Below, in pieces: positions 36,116 to 51,600 of a stretch of 64,000 nucleotides of DNA. Under the pieces are notes generated by a model that had not been told where the DNA came from, ran no database searches, and worked only from the letters and a program-made list of their open reading frames with translations. Origin of the DNA: Mytilus trossulus (Eukaryota); NCBI RefSeq assembly GCF_036588685.1, contig NC_086386.1, forward strand, positions 21,576,001 through 21,640,000, given 5' to 3'. The first letter of the stretch is position 1. Every line of letters starts with the position of its first letter. Made by a program: the position numbers and the translations under genes.

Positions 36116-39100
36116 TTAATAAAGTCACTATATTCTTTTTGTCATTGAATCTAGCATGCCATTGACATTTTCTTGCAATTGAAGATACTCAGCAATGTTA
36201 CTTTATCTGTGGTATAATTTATTTTAGTTTCAAGGGAGATAGATGTCATCAACAACTTTATCAAAATGAATACATCGTGTATATAGCGTAATATTTATTT
36301 GAAGATTTAAGCTGGCTTCTTTTCATTCTTCTCTTTAATAAGAAGACCCTGTGGGTATAGGAATAAACGGATGTGAGGGGTTTGCGGTAATGAAACAGAA
36401 ATAAAATTACAAAAAAATATCAATACACATCCTCCTGAGTACAACATATACAATATCTATCACGTTTTGAGTAGTATCAAATTAATAAAATTTGTGAAGA
36501 ATAATACATTAATCATAAAATGTCTAAATAGCATTCCTATAACTTGAACTATCTAATATTTTAATGGCTACCTAGAAACCCCCTTCAGATTAACTTTGTA
36601 ATAAGGCATGGTCAAGAGTCGTGAAATTGTGTTTACACAGTAACAAAATTAATGTTTACATTTTGCATTATATTCCTATTAATTAAAAATGAATGTTAAA
36701 GGTTTGCAGCTGATGGCCCAAATACAACAGTACTTCACTTGTAAAACCAAAGATATTGCCTTCATCTTTTCTTTGCTGATGATTGGACCAAAGTTCTACC
36801 GATATTTGCTCTCAGATTAGTAGTGAAAAGATTATTCATAGGCTGAAGTTAATTAGCATTTTTCTGCCCTTTTGATACTTTAAATGTACAAAACATCGGA
36901 CTACAGATCGAAAGTATTTGTACGACTAACTTGGTGATATTTTGTTTGATTATTAACAGCATTCAAGGCATGTGTGACTTGCTTAACTTGTTAGTTAAAA
37001 CTCATGAAAGAAGAAGAAGATATGTTAGCGTATATATGATATATGACATTCGTATATTTATGATATATTGCACATACAACCTTAACAGGTTATGCATGAT
37101 CTTGAGCTATATAAAAATATGTCCCCACTAAAACGTAGTTCCATTTCTAAAATTACAATTCTTACTTAGTTGATTGTTAGTGTCGTGCAATATTCAAGGC
37201 GGGAAAAATTGAACAATTTGTACAATATACATGATATAGGAAAGTTGAGTCTAGACAAAGCGGGGAGTTGTAGATGACCACTAGAAATACGTTTGGTGGA
37301 AAAGAAATAGATCTTTCTTTACTTTAGAAACTTAAAAAAGGAACTATGATTAAGCTATATATAGTGACAACACCTAAAAAAATGAAAAGAAACTAAAACC
37401 ATTGCAAACCTAATTTCAAGTATCAGTAGTAATCGATTCGAAATAAATACCAATAGAAAAATCACAGTTAAAACGTCACTTGACCACAGTCAATTTCAAA
37501 ATTACTAGGGGCAGCACTCACTGTTACAGAATGAAAAGATTTTAATGCTTGCACAGCACCATGGCCACCACAAAATAATTCTCTGTGGTATAAAAATGTC
37601 TGCATAGAGAACTTAAAACATCAACATAAAAATTTATTCAACTAACTATATAAAAATATATGAATAGTCCATTATTATTTTATTTAGCGTGTTTAATTTC
37701 ATGACATATCGGGTAACAAAAGAGGAGTAACAGTACATGTTGTTTCATTTCCACTCACCCGTTAATTCGATTAACCTCTCTGCATGCTTCTGACCTATGG
37801 AGGTAGAGGTTTTACTATCCATGATTTTTTAATTTCTTCTCAGTTTTAGTTATATTTCGTTTCGGTGACATTCGTTTTTACAGAGAGTACAGTTTATAGT
37901 CGTAAGAAGCCAATGCATTTACAATCATGGTATAACTTATATATATATATTGAATTTTATCAAAATAATACTTGACACTGTGTGTGCTTTTACGTTAGGA
38001 CGTGAAGAGCTGAATCTGCACTGTACGTTTGTAAATAGGATCTTGAAAAACAACAAATCTGGTACGTACAATTAAGTGCACATGCAGTCCTTACTGAATA
38101 AATTGTTCATACCGATTTCGTGAATGGTTATACATATAAATAACGCCAGAATATATAAGGTTATACATATAAATAACGCCAGAATATATAATGATTTGTT
38201 TAATTCAACACAATTTGTAGTATAATTATAAGTCAACAAAGCAGTCATGATATGAACTCTTGTTCAGTAGCAGGATCTGCTTTGCCTTACACATCCGCGA
38301 AGCACGTTAGATCACAGGTGGCCCAGTTCTTTGTTGGGTTCTTGTCTTTCGATTTTCTATTAGGGATTTTGATTAGTTTGACGAGACTGTTAATTGTCTT
38401 TTCGTCTCTCAGCTCCTTGTTGTCATAGTATCATCGGGTTTTCTTTAACTTTTAATTTTAAATTATATCGTTGGTATCTCCTGTCTCTTTTCTTTGATTG
38501 GTGAATCTAGTTTATCTATGTTAATGGGAACAGACGCACGTTCAATTATGGTTGTAAAATTACTTCGGCATAACATTGTATAGAATTGTATGTACTTTTA
38601 GCCATCTACACATTCAATGCATGTCTCTGATTTTTATTTATCTATGTGTATGGTGGTTTCTTTTAAATGCAAGGTACATTAGTACAAATTTGATACAGAC
38701 CTCTAAACTATAATAGACATGGAGTCAATTCAAATAGAGTCAAATCTTCCAACGAGTTATTCGTCGTTGTTACCACATGTTCTTTAACACAATTTACTAT
38801 CACCAATAGGTTTCATTTTCTTCTTAAACTCTATGATTGAATTTTGTACTGTATACCTTTTGACTGTATACACAATTGTCATTTCTCCCTTTATTTGAGA
38901 GCCTTTTTGGTCAGCAAACTGATGAACCAATACAGGACATGCAATCAGAAAGCTCTATTATACGTTTATATATATCAAATCGGTGTATATTCACTCTTCA
39001 AATAAGAACTTGCCAAAGTAAACCAAATGACTTTTGGCAGATATGTTTTCTTTTAGTTTTTATATTATACTCGTTGTATATTTACTTCTAAAATTCTGGG

Positions 39101-42100
39101 ATATACCTTGTCTGTCGTACCTTAGACTATTTCAGACGTCGCTATGATATTTTAGTTTATATTTGCATATGAACAATTGAATACATAATTCCGGAGCACA
39201 CGGGACCGTAGCTAAATCTGGTTATTCTGTTTAGGTCTCTATTGGTCATTTAGCTGCTTAAGTTGCTACGTATTTATACATCCCTGGCTTTCCGGATCAA
39301 GTTCAATTCAGAATAACGTTAAGAGCACACAAAATATATAAGCTGTTATTTGCATTTAGTAAATAGCAAAGGGATAGCAATTACTGCCTTCCGACTTGTA
39401 CCAGGGAACGCTTATAAACTTGCACTATTCGTTTTTATCTTGAATAAGATTAAGTGGAGAGATATATAATAATGAAAACAACGCTTTCTGTAATGCTTCC
39501 AAATCGCCTTTTTTTATTTACCTTCATCAGAAACGCTTAAAGCCGAAAATTTGAAAGCCAAAGATGTAAAAGAACTGCAGCAGCGGAAGAACAATAGGAC
39601 CAAAAAAGACAAATTATTGATAAACAAATCCGGCTAAATTGTACGAGTTAGGTTAATTGAACACCGAATATTTTATGTTTTAATGATGAAACTATCTCCG
39701 TTTTCAAAGTAACAACTTTTTTCTAGGGTTTGACCACTGTGCATTGTTCGGATTTTAACCTTAAAAATTTACTTGATTGAAATGCAAAATGAAACAAAAC
39801 TATTGAATTTCTAATCTGTCTTTTGATGAGGTTTGTATGGAATGTGATCGGCATGTTTCATGCTGTCTCTATCACCTGTACGACTATTCAACCTCTCACA
39901 ATGCTTGTTTATGCTACAACGCTTTTTATTGGTTTTCTATTGAGTGCTACTTAGGAGTTTAGCATAAAATAAATTCTGTGTGAAATTTGGGTATCATTAA
40001 ATTAACATTTATGGAGACTGTATCAACGTTAGGAAGTGTGCATGTATGGAATTAAAATAAGAGTGTACAGGTATGTTAGACTGGGTGTGTTCTAATTACT
40101 AACTTGATCTTTTAAAAAATCCAATTGTCTGTTTTTATCTATTTCAATGTGATATTTATCTACATTCCCAAAATCTTTTTATAGAACTTTGCCTAGCAAA
40201 TATTTTGCTCAGTCCACTCACTACCTTTAATCAGAGAGGCCCGAAATGATTGTAAATGTTGTGTGCATTTGTCTGTGTTTTCACAATTAGGAGGAGGGTG
40301 TATAAAACAAAACTTCATCAACTTTTACTAAAAATATCGACAAACGTATGTAAAGGGGCAACTTTGAACCTCTGTGGTTGCAAGACGGTCCCGGAATACC
40401 TTTCAATTGAGGTAGGGTTGCCTTTAAAAGTTGCCCCTTAAGGATGTACTTGTAGGTGAGGTTTATGGTTAGATGTTCGGACTTCTTGGTTTCCCCCCTT
40501 CAATACGGGGTAAAATCGTTTGCCCCATAACACCCAATTTTCGTTTTCGATAAGACTTTAATAGCTAAAAAATCATTTTCCAAAATTTAAGCAGATTCGA
40601 AATTGCTGGCATTACTTCAACACATTTATTTGGATTGGACCTCCATCAGTTGTTATATAAAATTGGAAGATTTAGTATAAAAAATAAAACAAATGTCTAC
40701 CAGGGACAAAATGACATTAGAAACTATAGAAGACATAACCGACCCTTAGCCATGAGCATAGTAAGCTATAAAAGAAACGAAATAAATGCATCAAAAGTTA
40801 ATACAAGGACAACAAATTAAGTCAAGAATATGATAGCCCTAGCTGCGGAATAACATAAGGACCTATGAGCTACGGTTCCGCAGCTATGATAGCCCATGCA
40901 GTAAGTCAGACTGCATACTTAACATGTATACTTGTTTCAATTTATAAAAGTATTATAAATGAGGAACAGGTAAATGCAAGTATGTTCTTTCTGTCTAAAT
41001 TACAACTCTGTGTTGAATTAAGTATTATTTATAATTAACTCTTCTAAAAACACTTGACTCGAGATTTATATAAGATCTTTTGTTTTTTTATCTGACATGC
41101 CAATAATTGCAGATATTAAAATTATATTCATAATTAATGTTTTTTATTTAGATAAAGACCAAATTTGTACAATGAGATACCATTTGTTTCAGCTTAATAA
41201 TTAATAAGGGTGACACGAAAAAAAAACAATAACCGTAATATATATATATAATGTTAAACACGTCTGCTCTTATTTAAAAATAAAAAGGCTTTAATATGAA
41301 AGGAAAAATCCGTTTTACTTAAATTTTTCACGACTTTAGATTTCGTGTTTTATTTAAAGAAATGTTTATCATTCGATGTCTTTTTTTTTCTATTTGCGTT
41401 TATCTCTTGTCCTATTCTTGATTGTTAACAAATGTTCGAGACCAGATTTGTTATTAGATTAATTGGTACAACCAAAAATCAACAATAAAAATTGTATATC
41501 TCGTCCAACCCAGTTATTTTTTCGCCTTTTCAAAGTCAAAACCGTCAATCCTTTTGGTTGTTATTTCACGCTGACTGTCATAATATTGTAATTAGCATAA
41601 TCCAGACCGCTTGTGATTTCTTTTGAATTGTTTCACGGTTTTTTTTTCCATGCTCGGGCCATTTGCATTACCATATTTATGGCCTTGTTGTTTCATTTGA
41701 ATTGATAGAATGCCAGAATTATGTGTACCTTACTATACGGCTAGGGTTTTGCTCATTGTTGATGAACCACGGTTAACATGCATGTTGCATTGGAAAGTTT
41801 TGTGAAATATTGCCACAGTAATACTTGTCTCTTTTTCAATCATATTTGGTTTTCCTTGAAGTTCTTGGCTTACAAATTTTATTCGATCATAGTTTACATC
41901 ATTCTCACTTAATCCGATATTAAAAAATGCTCTTCTTCAAATAAGGATTTATAAATATATGTCCTTCTTCAAAATAAATTCAAGACGTACGAAAGGAACA
42001 ATTTTGCATGGCCAATAGTTTACTTCTGTCGTCATGGTCAGTTGTTGCAGGCCTACGACCTCAAACATGTATGATATTTTCTGTTTCATTCTAGTTCCTC

Positions 42101-44013
42101 GCCCCCTCTACATAGTTCAATATTTTAGCTACATTGTATGGCTTCCAACATGCAATTGTTTTCTCATTAAATGATCACCACTTTTTAAGAGAAATCAAGA
42201 ACCCATAAAAATATAATTGATAAATAGTCAAATTATAGTTTAAGTTTAAGAAATTATCTGAAAAGAATATTTCTTTTGGCATCATATAAAGCTGAAACGC
42301 AAAATCTGAGTTGATAATTTGTTACCCATATTAGACGATCTTCTATCTAAGTGAAGGCAAACAAGTTTGAAAAGTTTTAAAGATTTAACACAGATTCCGA
42401 TAATTTAATTTACGAAAATGTGACATTTAGCCTCAAACAAACAGAAAATCAAAGATGTTAGCACCTTTGATGCCTTATTTCCGTTAATCCACCTGGATTA
42501 AGGAAATACAGACTTGTTAATCTAATTATCTTCTAACATCTACATTGGATTAACTTGTAAATAAATTATTTTTCTTCAAACACCGGGTAATCACACCTTT
42601 CTTTTGCAGTTACAATACCAGATTGTAATTAAAATCTTGTTTGGTAATATCGATCCATCTCATTAAATATTAAGGTGATAATTTTTGAATGAGTAATTTC
42701 AATAGAGTAGAGATCCATTTAAAAACTGGTATTTGTAATGCAAAATTACTCCTATTGAAAGATAATTGTTAATTGTGTATAAATACAGTTGGATTATAAC
42801 ATGAGAATTAAAACTTGTTGATTTATCATATTGTAAACATATAGCACTGTAATACCTAAATAGAAAATATTAAATATTTATTTTACATACTTATACTTGA
42901 GAATTGAAGGAATATTTGTTGTTAAAAGGTAAGATTTAAGTTTTCAATATGAATAACATTATAAAATGTATAAAACTATTTTCTGTTTTTCCCCTGTATA
43001 TTTCTTGTTAGTAAGCTTGATTTCAATAAAGTGGTTTTAGAAGTGGATGTTTAAACTTCATTCTGAAATTATTTCGATATAGCTAACTATATGATTAATA
43101 TATCAGTTATTTAGTTGTCACTAATGAAAGTTTGCAATTAACAAAAAAGTTACATACAATTATTACATATGAAATGATTGCATGATAATGCATGCCAAAG
43201 TATTAAAAATCTTACTAATCCAGGAGTAGATAATCCACAATTGTACAAATATATATTGCATCAATTTTACTCATTTGAAAAGCTTCTTCATTGAAGTTAA
43301 GCCTTTATAAAAACAAGGCCGGTATGCTATAGAGCTACTATCCACAATGAAAATGTTTATTTAACTAATGTGTGGAAGGTTAATTCTATAAAGTATAATG
43401 TTTTTCAAGAGATTATTTATTTTTGTTTCTTGTTTTTCTATCAGATTTTCAAAGTGTCAAATGCTGACACGTTTTGTGACAACATTATATAAGGTATAAT
43501 ATATATTTTACAGATTTATAAACATTGAGAAGTATTGGATGTTATAGAGAGAACAGACCCACACCTTAAGCGTGAAATAATTCCATGGTAAGTAATAACT
43601 TTGGATTTTAATTTTTTTTAAATATGATTTCATTTTGTAAAATATTGAAGCCTGCGTTGATATCTAACTTGCCATCTCTTCTAAGTATAAAAGTACAACG
43701 GACATACAAATTTAAAAAAAATACAGAAAATAGCTAGACACATGTATCATATAATGATCTTTGAGAAATAATTAAATAATACACGAGGTATATGAAAATA
43801 CAATGACAATGTTTTTAACTTTTGTTGTCATTTGTGAAGCTGCAGATAACATTAACAAGCATGCACAATATAATGCCTTCCAGAAAAGAAAAGAAAAGAA
43901 ACACACTTGATTACAATCATAAACTGTTTTAGTACTCTATTTCACTGGATGTATATATTATTTAATTATTTTTTTTCAATTTTACTTTTATTTTTATTAC
44001 AGTATGCTTACGT

Positions 44014-47000
44014 ATGCTTAAAATGGCTTACATACTGTTAGGTGTGCTATTGTTGACTGGTGTCAGTTTGGCAGAAAATATTATTCGTTTTCATATAGTT
44101 GAAGAACTTCCAGTCGGAACTTTGGTTGGGAATTTAGCAGTTGAAAGCGGACTCCAGTTTAATTTAACAGATGACGAACTTGAAAGCATTCGATACAGCT
44201 TTTTGGACAAAACAAAAATGCGTTCTCTATTCAACATTCACGAAAGAACAGGAAATGTCTTGATAAAGTCGCTACTTGACAGAGAAACAGAATGTATTTT
44301 CATGGATTTATGTGTTTTATCCTTCGATGTTGCAATTCACTCATCAAGTCCACAAATGTTCGAAATTTATTCCATTGAAATAACGATAGAGGACATGAAC
44401 GACAACTCTCCGAAGTTTCCAACTGAACGTATTACTATTAGAGTGCCCGAATCAACAGTAGAAGGAACATATTTCGGACTTTCGGAAGCAATTGACGCCG
44501 ATTCTACGAACAAAAACATAATTCAGACATATGAACTAGTTAATGGGAATGATGTTTTCACATTTAATGCTTCAAAAGATATAGATGGCAGATTATCACT
44601 AAGACTTATTCTGCTTAGCGAGTTAGACAGAGAAGACATCGATTTGTATGAATTAGAACTTCTAGCTAAAGATGGCGGAGATCCAGTAAAAACTGGAACT
44701 TTAACGGTTTACATCGACATCGTAGACACTAACGATAATTCTCCAGTTTTTGAACGTGACTCGTATGCAATAGATTTAAACGAGGGGACAAACAAACAAA
44801 CCCCATTGATTGCCGTCACTGCGTACGATAAAGATGTTGGTGATAATGGAGATATTGTTTACAGATTTAGTCCTAGACAACCAGACATTGAAAGAATTTC
44901 AAAAACATTTTTGATTAATGAGAAAACTGGAGTTATTTATGTAGCTGGAGAAATAACATTTGGAAAACAAAACACTTTCAAAATTATTGTTGAAGCTAGC
45001 GACAAAGGCTCCCAACCTAGAACGTCTTATGCTACTGTAACAGTCACCATACTGGATACTGCAAATAACAAACCGGAAGTGTTTATAAATTTTCTCGTCC
45101 CAGCAAACGACAGTCTTGTTAGTATCTCCGAAGCAGCCGATATAGGAACCGTCATAGCTCACGTGACTGCAGATGATGCCGATTCAGGACCCAATGGACA
45201 AGTTATATGTGCTGTAACAAACCAGTATGTAACACTTCAGAATATTTCTGGAAAACCCGGTTATCTTATTGCATTAAAGATGGAACTTGACAATGAAATG
45301 AAACAAGAACATTATATATCTGTTACATGTTCTGATAATGGCTCGCCAAAATTAAGTTCTTCAAAGAGTTTCATGCTGCGGGTTTTAGATGAAAATGATA
45401 ATGCGCCAATATTCAAAGAGGCAACCTATTCGGCGACAATTGATGAAAATAACCCACTTGGTAAATATTGTTTGAAAGTGTCCGCAACCGACACAGACAT
45501 GTGGCCAAATGATAAACTTCATTACTCGTTGATCGAAGATTCTAAAAATGCATTCTCCATCAATCCTTCATCTGGTGTAATAACAGCAAACCAAAGATTA
45601 GACAGAGAAAAGCAAGATGAATACAGGTTTACAGTCCTAGCCGTTGACGGCGGACGTCCACCTTTGACGGGAACAACTGTAGTCGTTTTAGTAGTGAAGG
45701 ATGTAAACGACAATAAGCCACAATTTGATGTACCATTCTTTCAATTCTTTATAAAAGAGAACTTACCGGCAGATACCATAGTTGACACGGTCAAAGTATC
45801 TGACAACGATACCGGAAACAACAAGAAAATAGTTTTCTCACTTGTACAAAATCCTGGTGAAAATTTGCCGTTTATCATCAACACCATTGGAGAAATTAGA
45901 ACAACTGCTTCGTTTGATCGTGAAGAGGACAGTAGCTTTATCTTTGAAGTAGTTGCCACTGATCAAGGTATTCCTGCTTTGTCGACAAGAATATTTGTCC
46001 GCGTGTACGTAACAGACGAGAATGACAATCAACCTTCCATTATATATCCGAACAGAGTAAACAACACAATAACAGCGTTTTATTCCACAGCAGTAGGAAT
46101 TTACCTCACTAAAGTCAATGCCGTTGATATAGATGAAAATGGACCAAACAGCCAATTAACTTATGACATCGTGGCGGGAAATGAAGATGACATTTTTACT
46201 ATCATTCAAACTTCGGGCAAGATATATTTAAGACGACAACTTGAAGAAAGATCAACAAGCCTGAATTCATTGACAGTGAAAGTTGCTGACAATGGAAATC
46301 CTCAATTACAGACGAATGTAACATTTATTATGGCTTTAAGCTATATCGATTCTAATGCCATAGCCTCGTATTCGTCGGCCGATTCTAGTAGCAAAAATGT
46401 CATAATTGTTATAGCAGTGGTTTCAATGACTATAATAATATCTGGTGCTTTGATAGCGGTGATCTGTGTTTTACGGCGAAGTGAACAAATCAGAAAGAAA
46501 CATATAGAGGAACATACCAAGAAAACGACTATCGTTCCACAGCTTTACAAGGAAGCCAACTATAAACCCAATATTGAAATAAATGTCCAGGAAAGTGTAT
46601 CTTACCACGAAGCGTTACCGCCCAAAGGGAAAGAAATTCACTCTAGTTACGATGAGGATCTTGACAATATGGAACTGTATTCGTCATTTGGTACCTCAGT
46701 GTTTACAGATACTCTACCAGGATTAGAGGTATGTAAAATTAAATCAATAAGCATTCTACGTCCGTGTATGTTATTTATATAAACAAGTCAATCTTTGTGT
46801 GTTCCTTTGGTCATATCTATAGCTCCTATCGTCATGACATATTTAAACAACCATCACATTGAAATGTTATGGACGCACGAATTTTTAATCTTTATTTTCT
46901 TTTAAAAACCAATAGAATATTTTATATAGATTGTTTAATGTAGTTGCCTGGCAAACGGACGTATTATATTCAAACATAGATTAACATTCAAGAATGGAAA

Positions 47001-48415
47001 TATATTGGCATTATCATAACACGACTGCATTTGATTTTTTCAGAAACCTGGTCAGAGTATGGAAGATCAAAGAATAATTATACGATCGTCTTTAAAGCAT
47101 GTGCTTTCTGATGAACAGGTAAATTTTATGGCTTTAGTCTTAACTTTCCCATTTAACTTTGAAATTTACGTATGCAGACATTTCTTCCATCTGTAGTTTT
47201 TGGACTACAAAATGTATAGAAATATGTATAAATTAATTGCATTTCTATTATCAAATACATATTCTTATTCTTTCAAATTACTCCACTTGAAGAGAGCAAT
47301 CTGATATAATAAGCTTTTAATTTAAAATTCGAAGAACAAATGCGCTCTTAAGATTCTGATATCAAATTGCATCGCAAGTAAAACTAATTGGTACTTGACA
47401 GTAATTTTCCCGGGAACGACTTATACACGATCATATGATAATTCATATTTGTAGGTTTTTCCTGATTTTACCAATTTTAACATTCTAATCTTAAACGATA
47501 TATTTTTTTTTTCGTTAAATTTTGATTTTGTACTTGTAGATATCTGGAATCCACAGTTTAGATGATATAAGTGAGATATCAAAAGAAGATTACAATTCTG
47601 ACAGTGGGCGTGGCAGTAGTGATCCTGATTCAACAAGACAGTCAAATCTGTACTGTAAGTATTACTATCAAATAAAATCATCTAATTGTCTATATCATTA
47701 TTTGAACTCGAAGTCTTTTCGGGATAAATTGCGAAAAAAATTGTAAAACCAAATATCCACCAACACCTTTCCGAAAGAACAAAAATAATCAATCTTCTAA
47801 TAAAGCAACCTCTGACAAGGATTTTCACTTGGGACCGGGGTATAAACATACGACTTGGTTATACCAGTTTTATTCTAGCGATTCGTTTTCCCGTTTTATT
47901 CTCAAAAGCGCAATAGCAAAAATGAACTTGAAATTCAAACAAATTTCTGAAAAATACAAGAAAGATGAAAACTTACACAGAAAACCGAAATCAGTACAGA
48001 AACAGCATTTTAAACTATAATATGTAGGTATACTAGACCATTCATTTTACAATATCAAAAAATCAAGGCAGAAACTAAAATTGCTTCTTAAATCTCTGAA
48101 CGGAAACCATGAAGCCCTTCTTCTTACGTCTGCATACATGTTTATTTAGATCTAATGATTCGTTTTCTCTTTCCAGATAACGAAAAATCTACGCAAAGAT
48201 TTAAACCAGTACTGAAGTCGAATATTGGAGATAGATTCACAGACATACAACGTGAAGACGACCGTTCTTATATTCCATTTGAAAAGAAATATTATGGCTT
48301 TGTGGATAGGCCAGCAATCCGCAGTCAAAACACAAACAGCTACAAAAATGATATAAAAACTGTACGTTTTGATGAGAATGGACAATTTTGTGTAGAAACT
48401 TCGTCATTTGTTTAA
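44014..48415 (+). CDS. Delta-type protocadherin (7 EC repeats, TM, CM1 motif); exons 44014-46728, 47044-47118, 47540-47654, 48177-48415
   Basis: Signal peptide; six DxNDNxP-type linkers, LDRE motifs and AxDxG; TM VIIVIAVVSMTIIISGALIAVICVL; GT-AG junctions in phase 0, 0, 1 give an open tail containing SDSGRGSSD and ending ETSSFV. Confidence 0.92.
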
Positions 48416-50339
48416 TGAATAGAATCAGATGTAAAGGCTAAACAGTAATAATGCAAATGAAAAATTAATTTACTTTGAAATTGTGTTTCTTATTAACCGT
48501 ACTTAGGCAATTCACCATGTACATACAAATCCGAACACAACTACCTGATTGATACAGAAACATATTTAGATATACTGGTCCTAGTTTGATATAACAATTA
48601 TTTATTATAAAAACAATGACACCATCTGAGATTACGAACGTTTGTGTGTATGTGTGTGTGTAATGGTGTGTGTATGTGTATATGTTTATAGTGTCATAGA
48701 CAATTATTGAATCGTGCTAATGTCTTTCTTTTCAGATTGTACATGTGTAATTTATTATATTAATTTATAAATTATCGTTTGTTATCTTGCCTAACTTTGT
48801 TGTTATGTTGTTGAAATAACCAAATAAAATATTTAAAATCAATTCACGTTTTAAGATTAATTGATTATTGCCTGCTGAACTTTCAGTTGTAATATTTTGG
48901 CCACGTCTGATGTCACTGGTGGCGCAGGAAACATTAATCCTTCCAGAAGACATGACTGCATGCTCTCAGATTTTTCATATGCCTTTTTTTGCTTAATCTG
49001 CGCCTTTGTTATGTAGTATTTTCATCTATCATTATGTTTCGTTTCCTCGTTTATTTTGAGGTCATTGTGTTGTCCTTTTGTTAAACCTCTGAATTTTCAT
49101 GACAGTATTGCTATTTACTCCTTTGTCATAGCTTTGACGCTTTTGAAAAGTTAACAATCGACTATTGCTGGATACTAAAGCAAGCAAAGTCGAAATAGAT
49201 GGTACAGGTGTAAAATTTATATAGTGTAAGACAGTTGATTACCCTTCCGGGGCACCTTAGATTTAAAATTACAATAAAAAAAAGTCATTTTAACTTATAA
49301 CAAGATGCAAAAGATGTGTTTAAAGTTTTTCAAAATATGAAAATGACTGAAAAATTACCTATATCTGTATACTAGTTTACCATTGGCCCCTCTGGTATCT
49401 TAAGTCCCTCTTTTACCACAGATTTCGCAAAATACGATAATACGAAAAGTGGAATACAATCTTTTTTTGGCAGTGTCAAGTGACAATCTCAATGAAATGC
49501 AATCAAATCAGTAAGAAGTCGGCATACAACAGTTTTTACAGTAAAACATCATACTGTTCATTTAAATGTCAATGAACAAATCCAAAGATCTTACTTTTGA
49601 TGGCGCTAACATGAGACCCACTACGACATCAAATGTAACAAACACAATCGTAAAAAAAGTAAGATATTTAAAAAATAAAATAAAAAGATTCTTATCAAAT
49701 TACATTAGTAGATATAAATAGCAAGTTTTAATGAAAAAAGGGTTATTCCTAACCTTAATATGTTAATACATTGAACATTCAACAATACACTTACCTTTAG
49801 TTCAAAAATGAAATTCAGCCAAGAACTTTTATATTCTGAATACAACAATTCAATACCGTCTTTTTTCAATACCAAATTTACGAAACACAATACGAATTTT
49901 TAGGAGAAGTGGACACCAAATTAAATAATCAAGGACATTAGAATATCACTTTCACATCACAATCTATCTACAACAATGACCATGTACATGTACTATATAG
50001 TAATAGGAAATAAGATACGGTTAATGTTGACAAAATCAGTACCGGATACACTGAAAAAGTGTTATAGGTCACTGTTGTTCATACATGTAACAATCATATC
50101 TATAATACATTATCTATGATGTGGGATTATGAAATCCGACTGACTGATCAGATATTTTCCCAGATATATTTTTTTGTTTTCTGTAAAATCAAATGTTGAA
50201 CAAGCTCCAGACAGGTTTATTGTAAAATGTGAGGAATTTATTTTGATTGGTTTCTGGACGCCAATCTTTGCTCCTTTATTATGTAATTCACTAACAAAAC
50301 AATTATGAAGCTAAGAAACGGAAAAATACTAAATACTAA

Positions 50340-50675
50340 CTACACTGGTTAGAGGTATAGGGGGAGGGTTGAGATCTCACAAACATGTTTAACCCCACCG
50401 CATTTTTGCGCCTGTCCCAAGTCAGGAGCCTCTGGCCTTTGTTAGTCTTGTATTATTTAAATTTTAGTTTCTTGTGTACAATTTGGAAATTAGTATGGCG
50501 TTCATTATCACTGAACTAGTATATATTTGTTTAGGGGCCAGCTGAAGGACGCCTCCGGGTGCGGGAATTTCTCGCTACATTGAAGACCTGTTGGTGACCT
50601 TCTGCTGTTGTGTTTTTTTATTTTGGTCGGGTTGTTGTCTCTTTGACACATTCCCCATTTCCATTCTCAATTTTA
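50340..50675 (+). mobile_element. Intact-looking ~335-bp non-autonomous interspersed repeat, class unresolved
   Basis: 5' part AAACATGTTTAACCCC.CC..ATT...GCCTGTCCCAAGTCAGGAGCC is shared with 51470-51535 (reverse) and 62260-62315; 3' end GTCGGGTTGTTGTCTCTTTGA.ACATTCCCCATTTCCATTCTCAATTTTA is shared with 36006-36055. Confidence 0.7.
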
Positions 50676-51221
50676 TACATTATATTAAAGCTAGCTATTC
50701 TTTCTGTTATCAAAATTAAACACGAAATGCGTGAAACAATACGATGTGTACACAAAGACCAGTGACCAACGTTAACATTTTATTATTTTTTGGGTTACAA
50801 ACTTAAACCGTAGGAAAAACATCAACTATAAGAGGAAAACAACGAAGCAATAGAAACACAGAAATGCAAAAAAAAGAGCAAACAACAATTCATCATTCAT
50901 AGAAACGAATTATTAGATTATAAATGTCATTGTCCTGACTTGGTACAGGACATTTTAAAAAATGGTGGGTTGAACTAATACAAAATTGAACCAACCGTTT
51001 AATCAGAAAAATTACACTGGTTTTATAGCAGTTTGGCAAACACTTATTTTGATCATTGAGAAGCTTAATAGTCCCGAAAGAACACAACGTCATTAAAACG
51101 TTCTGCTGATTTTACTCCTGAGTTATCTCCCTGTAATGTTAGGTACCACCTTAATAACCAGCTACTTGCTTATGTGTGTCCGATTTTCCCGCTGCGTTGG
51201 AGAGCTATTGGTAGCCTCATA

Positions 51222-51600
51222 TAAAAAAAGAATATCAGGTATGATTGCCAATAAGACAACTATCCACAAAAGACCAAAATGACTCAAACATTAACAACTA
51301 ACGGTCACCGTACGGCCTTCAACTATGAACAAAGCCCATACCGCATAGTCAGCTACAAAAGGCCCTGATGAGACAATGTAAAACAATTCAAACGAGAAAA
51401 CTAACGGCCTTCTTTATGTAAAAAATGAACGAAAAACAAATATGTAACACATAAACAAACGACCACCACTGAATTACAGGCTCCTGACTTGGGACAGGCA
51501 CATACAAAAATAATGTGGCGGGGTTAAACATGTTAGCCGGATCCCAACCCTCCTTATAACCTGGGACAGTGGTATAACAGTACAACATAAGAACGAACTA
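51222..51600 (+). mobile_element. Abundant interspersed repeat family (relatives at 35752-36115 and 60265-60530; opposite orientation at 55180-55400, 56100-56450, 62225-62580)
   Basis: GGTATGATTGCCAAT.AGACAACT...CACCGTACGGCCTTCAAC.ATGA.CAAAGCCCATACCGCATAGTCAGCTA...CCACTGAATTACAGGCTCCTGACTT, or its reverse complement, recurs across the window. Confidence 0.8.

Noticed and set aside
44899-46155. Minus-strand ORFs within the protocadherin exon, and the plus-strand ORF at 31858-32088
   Set aside because: Antisense shadows of real CDSs.
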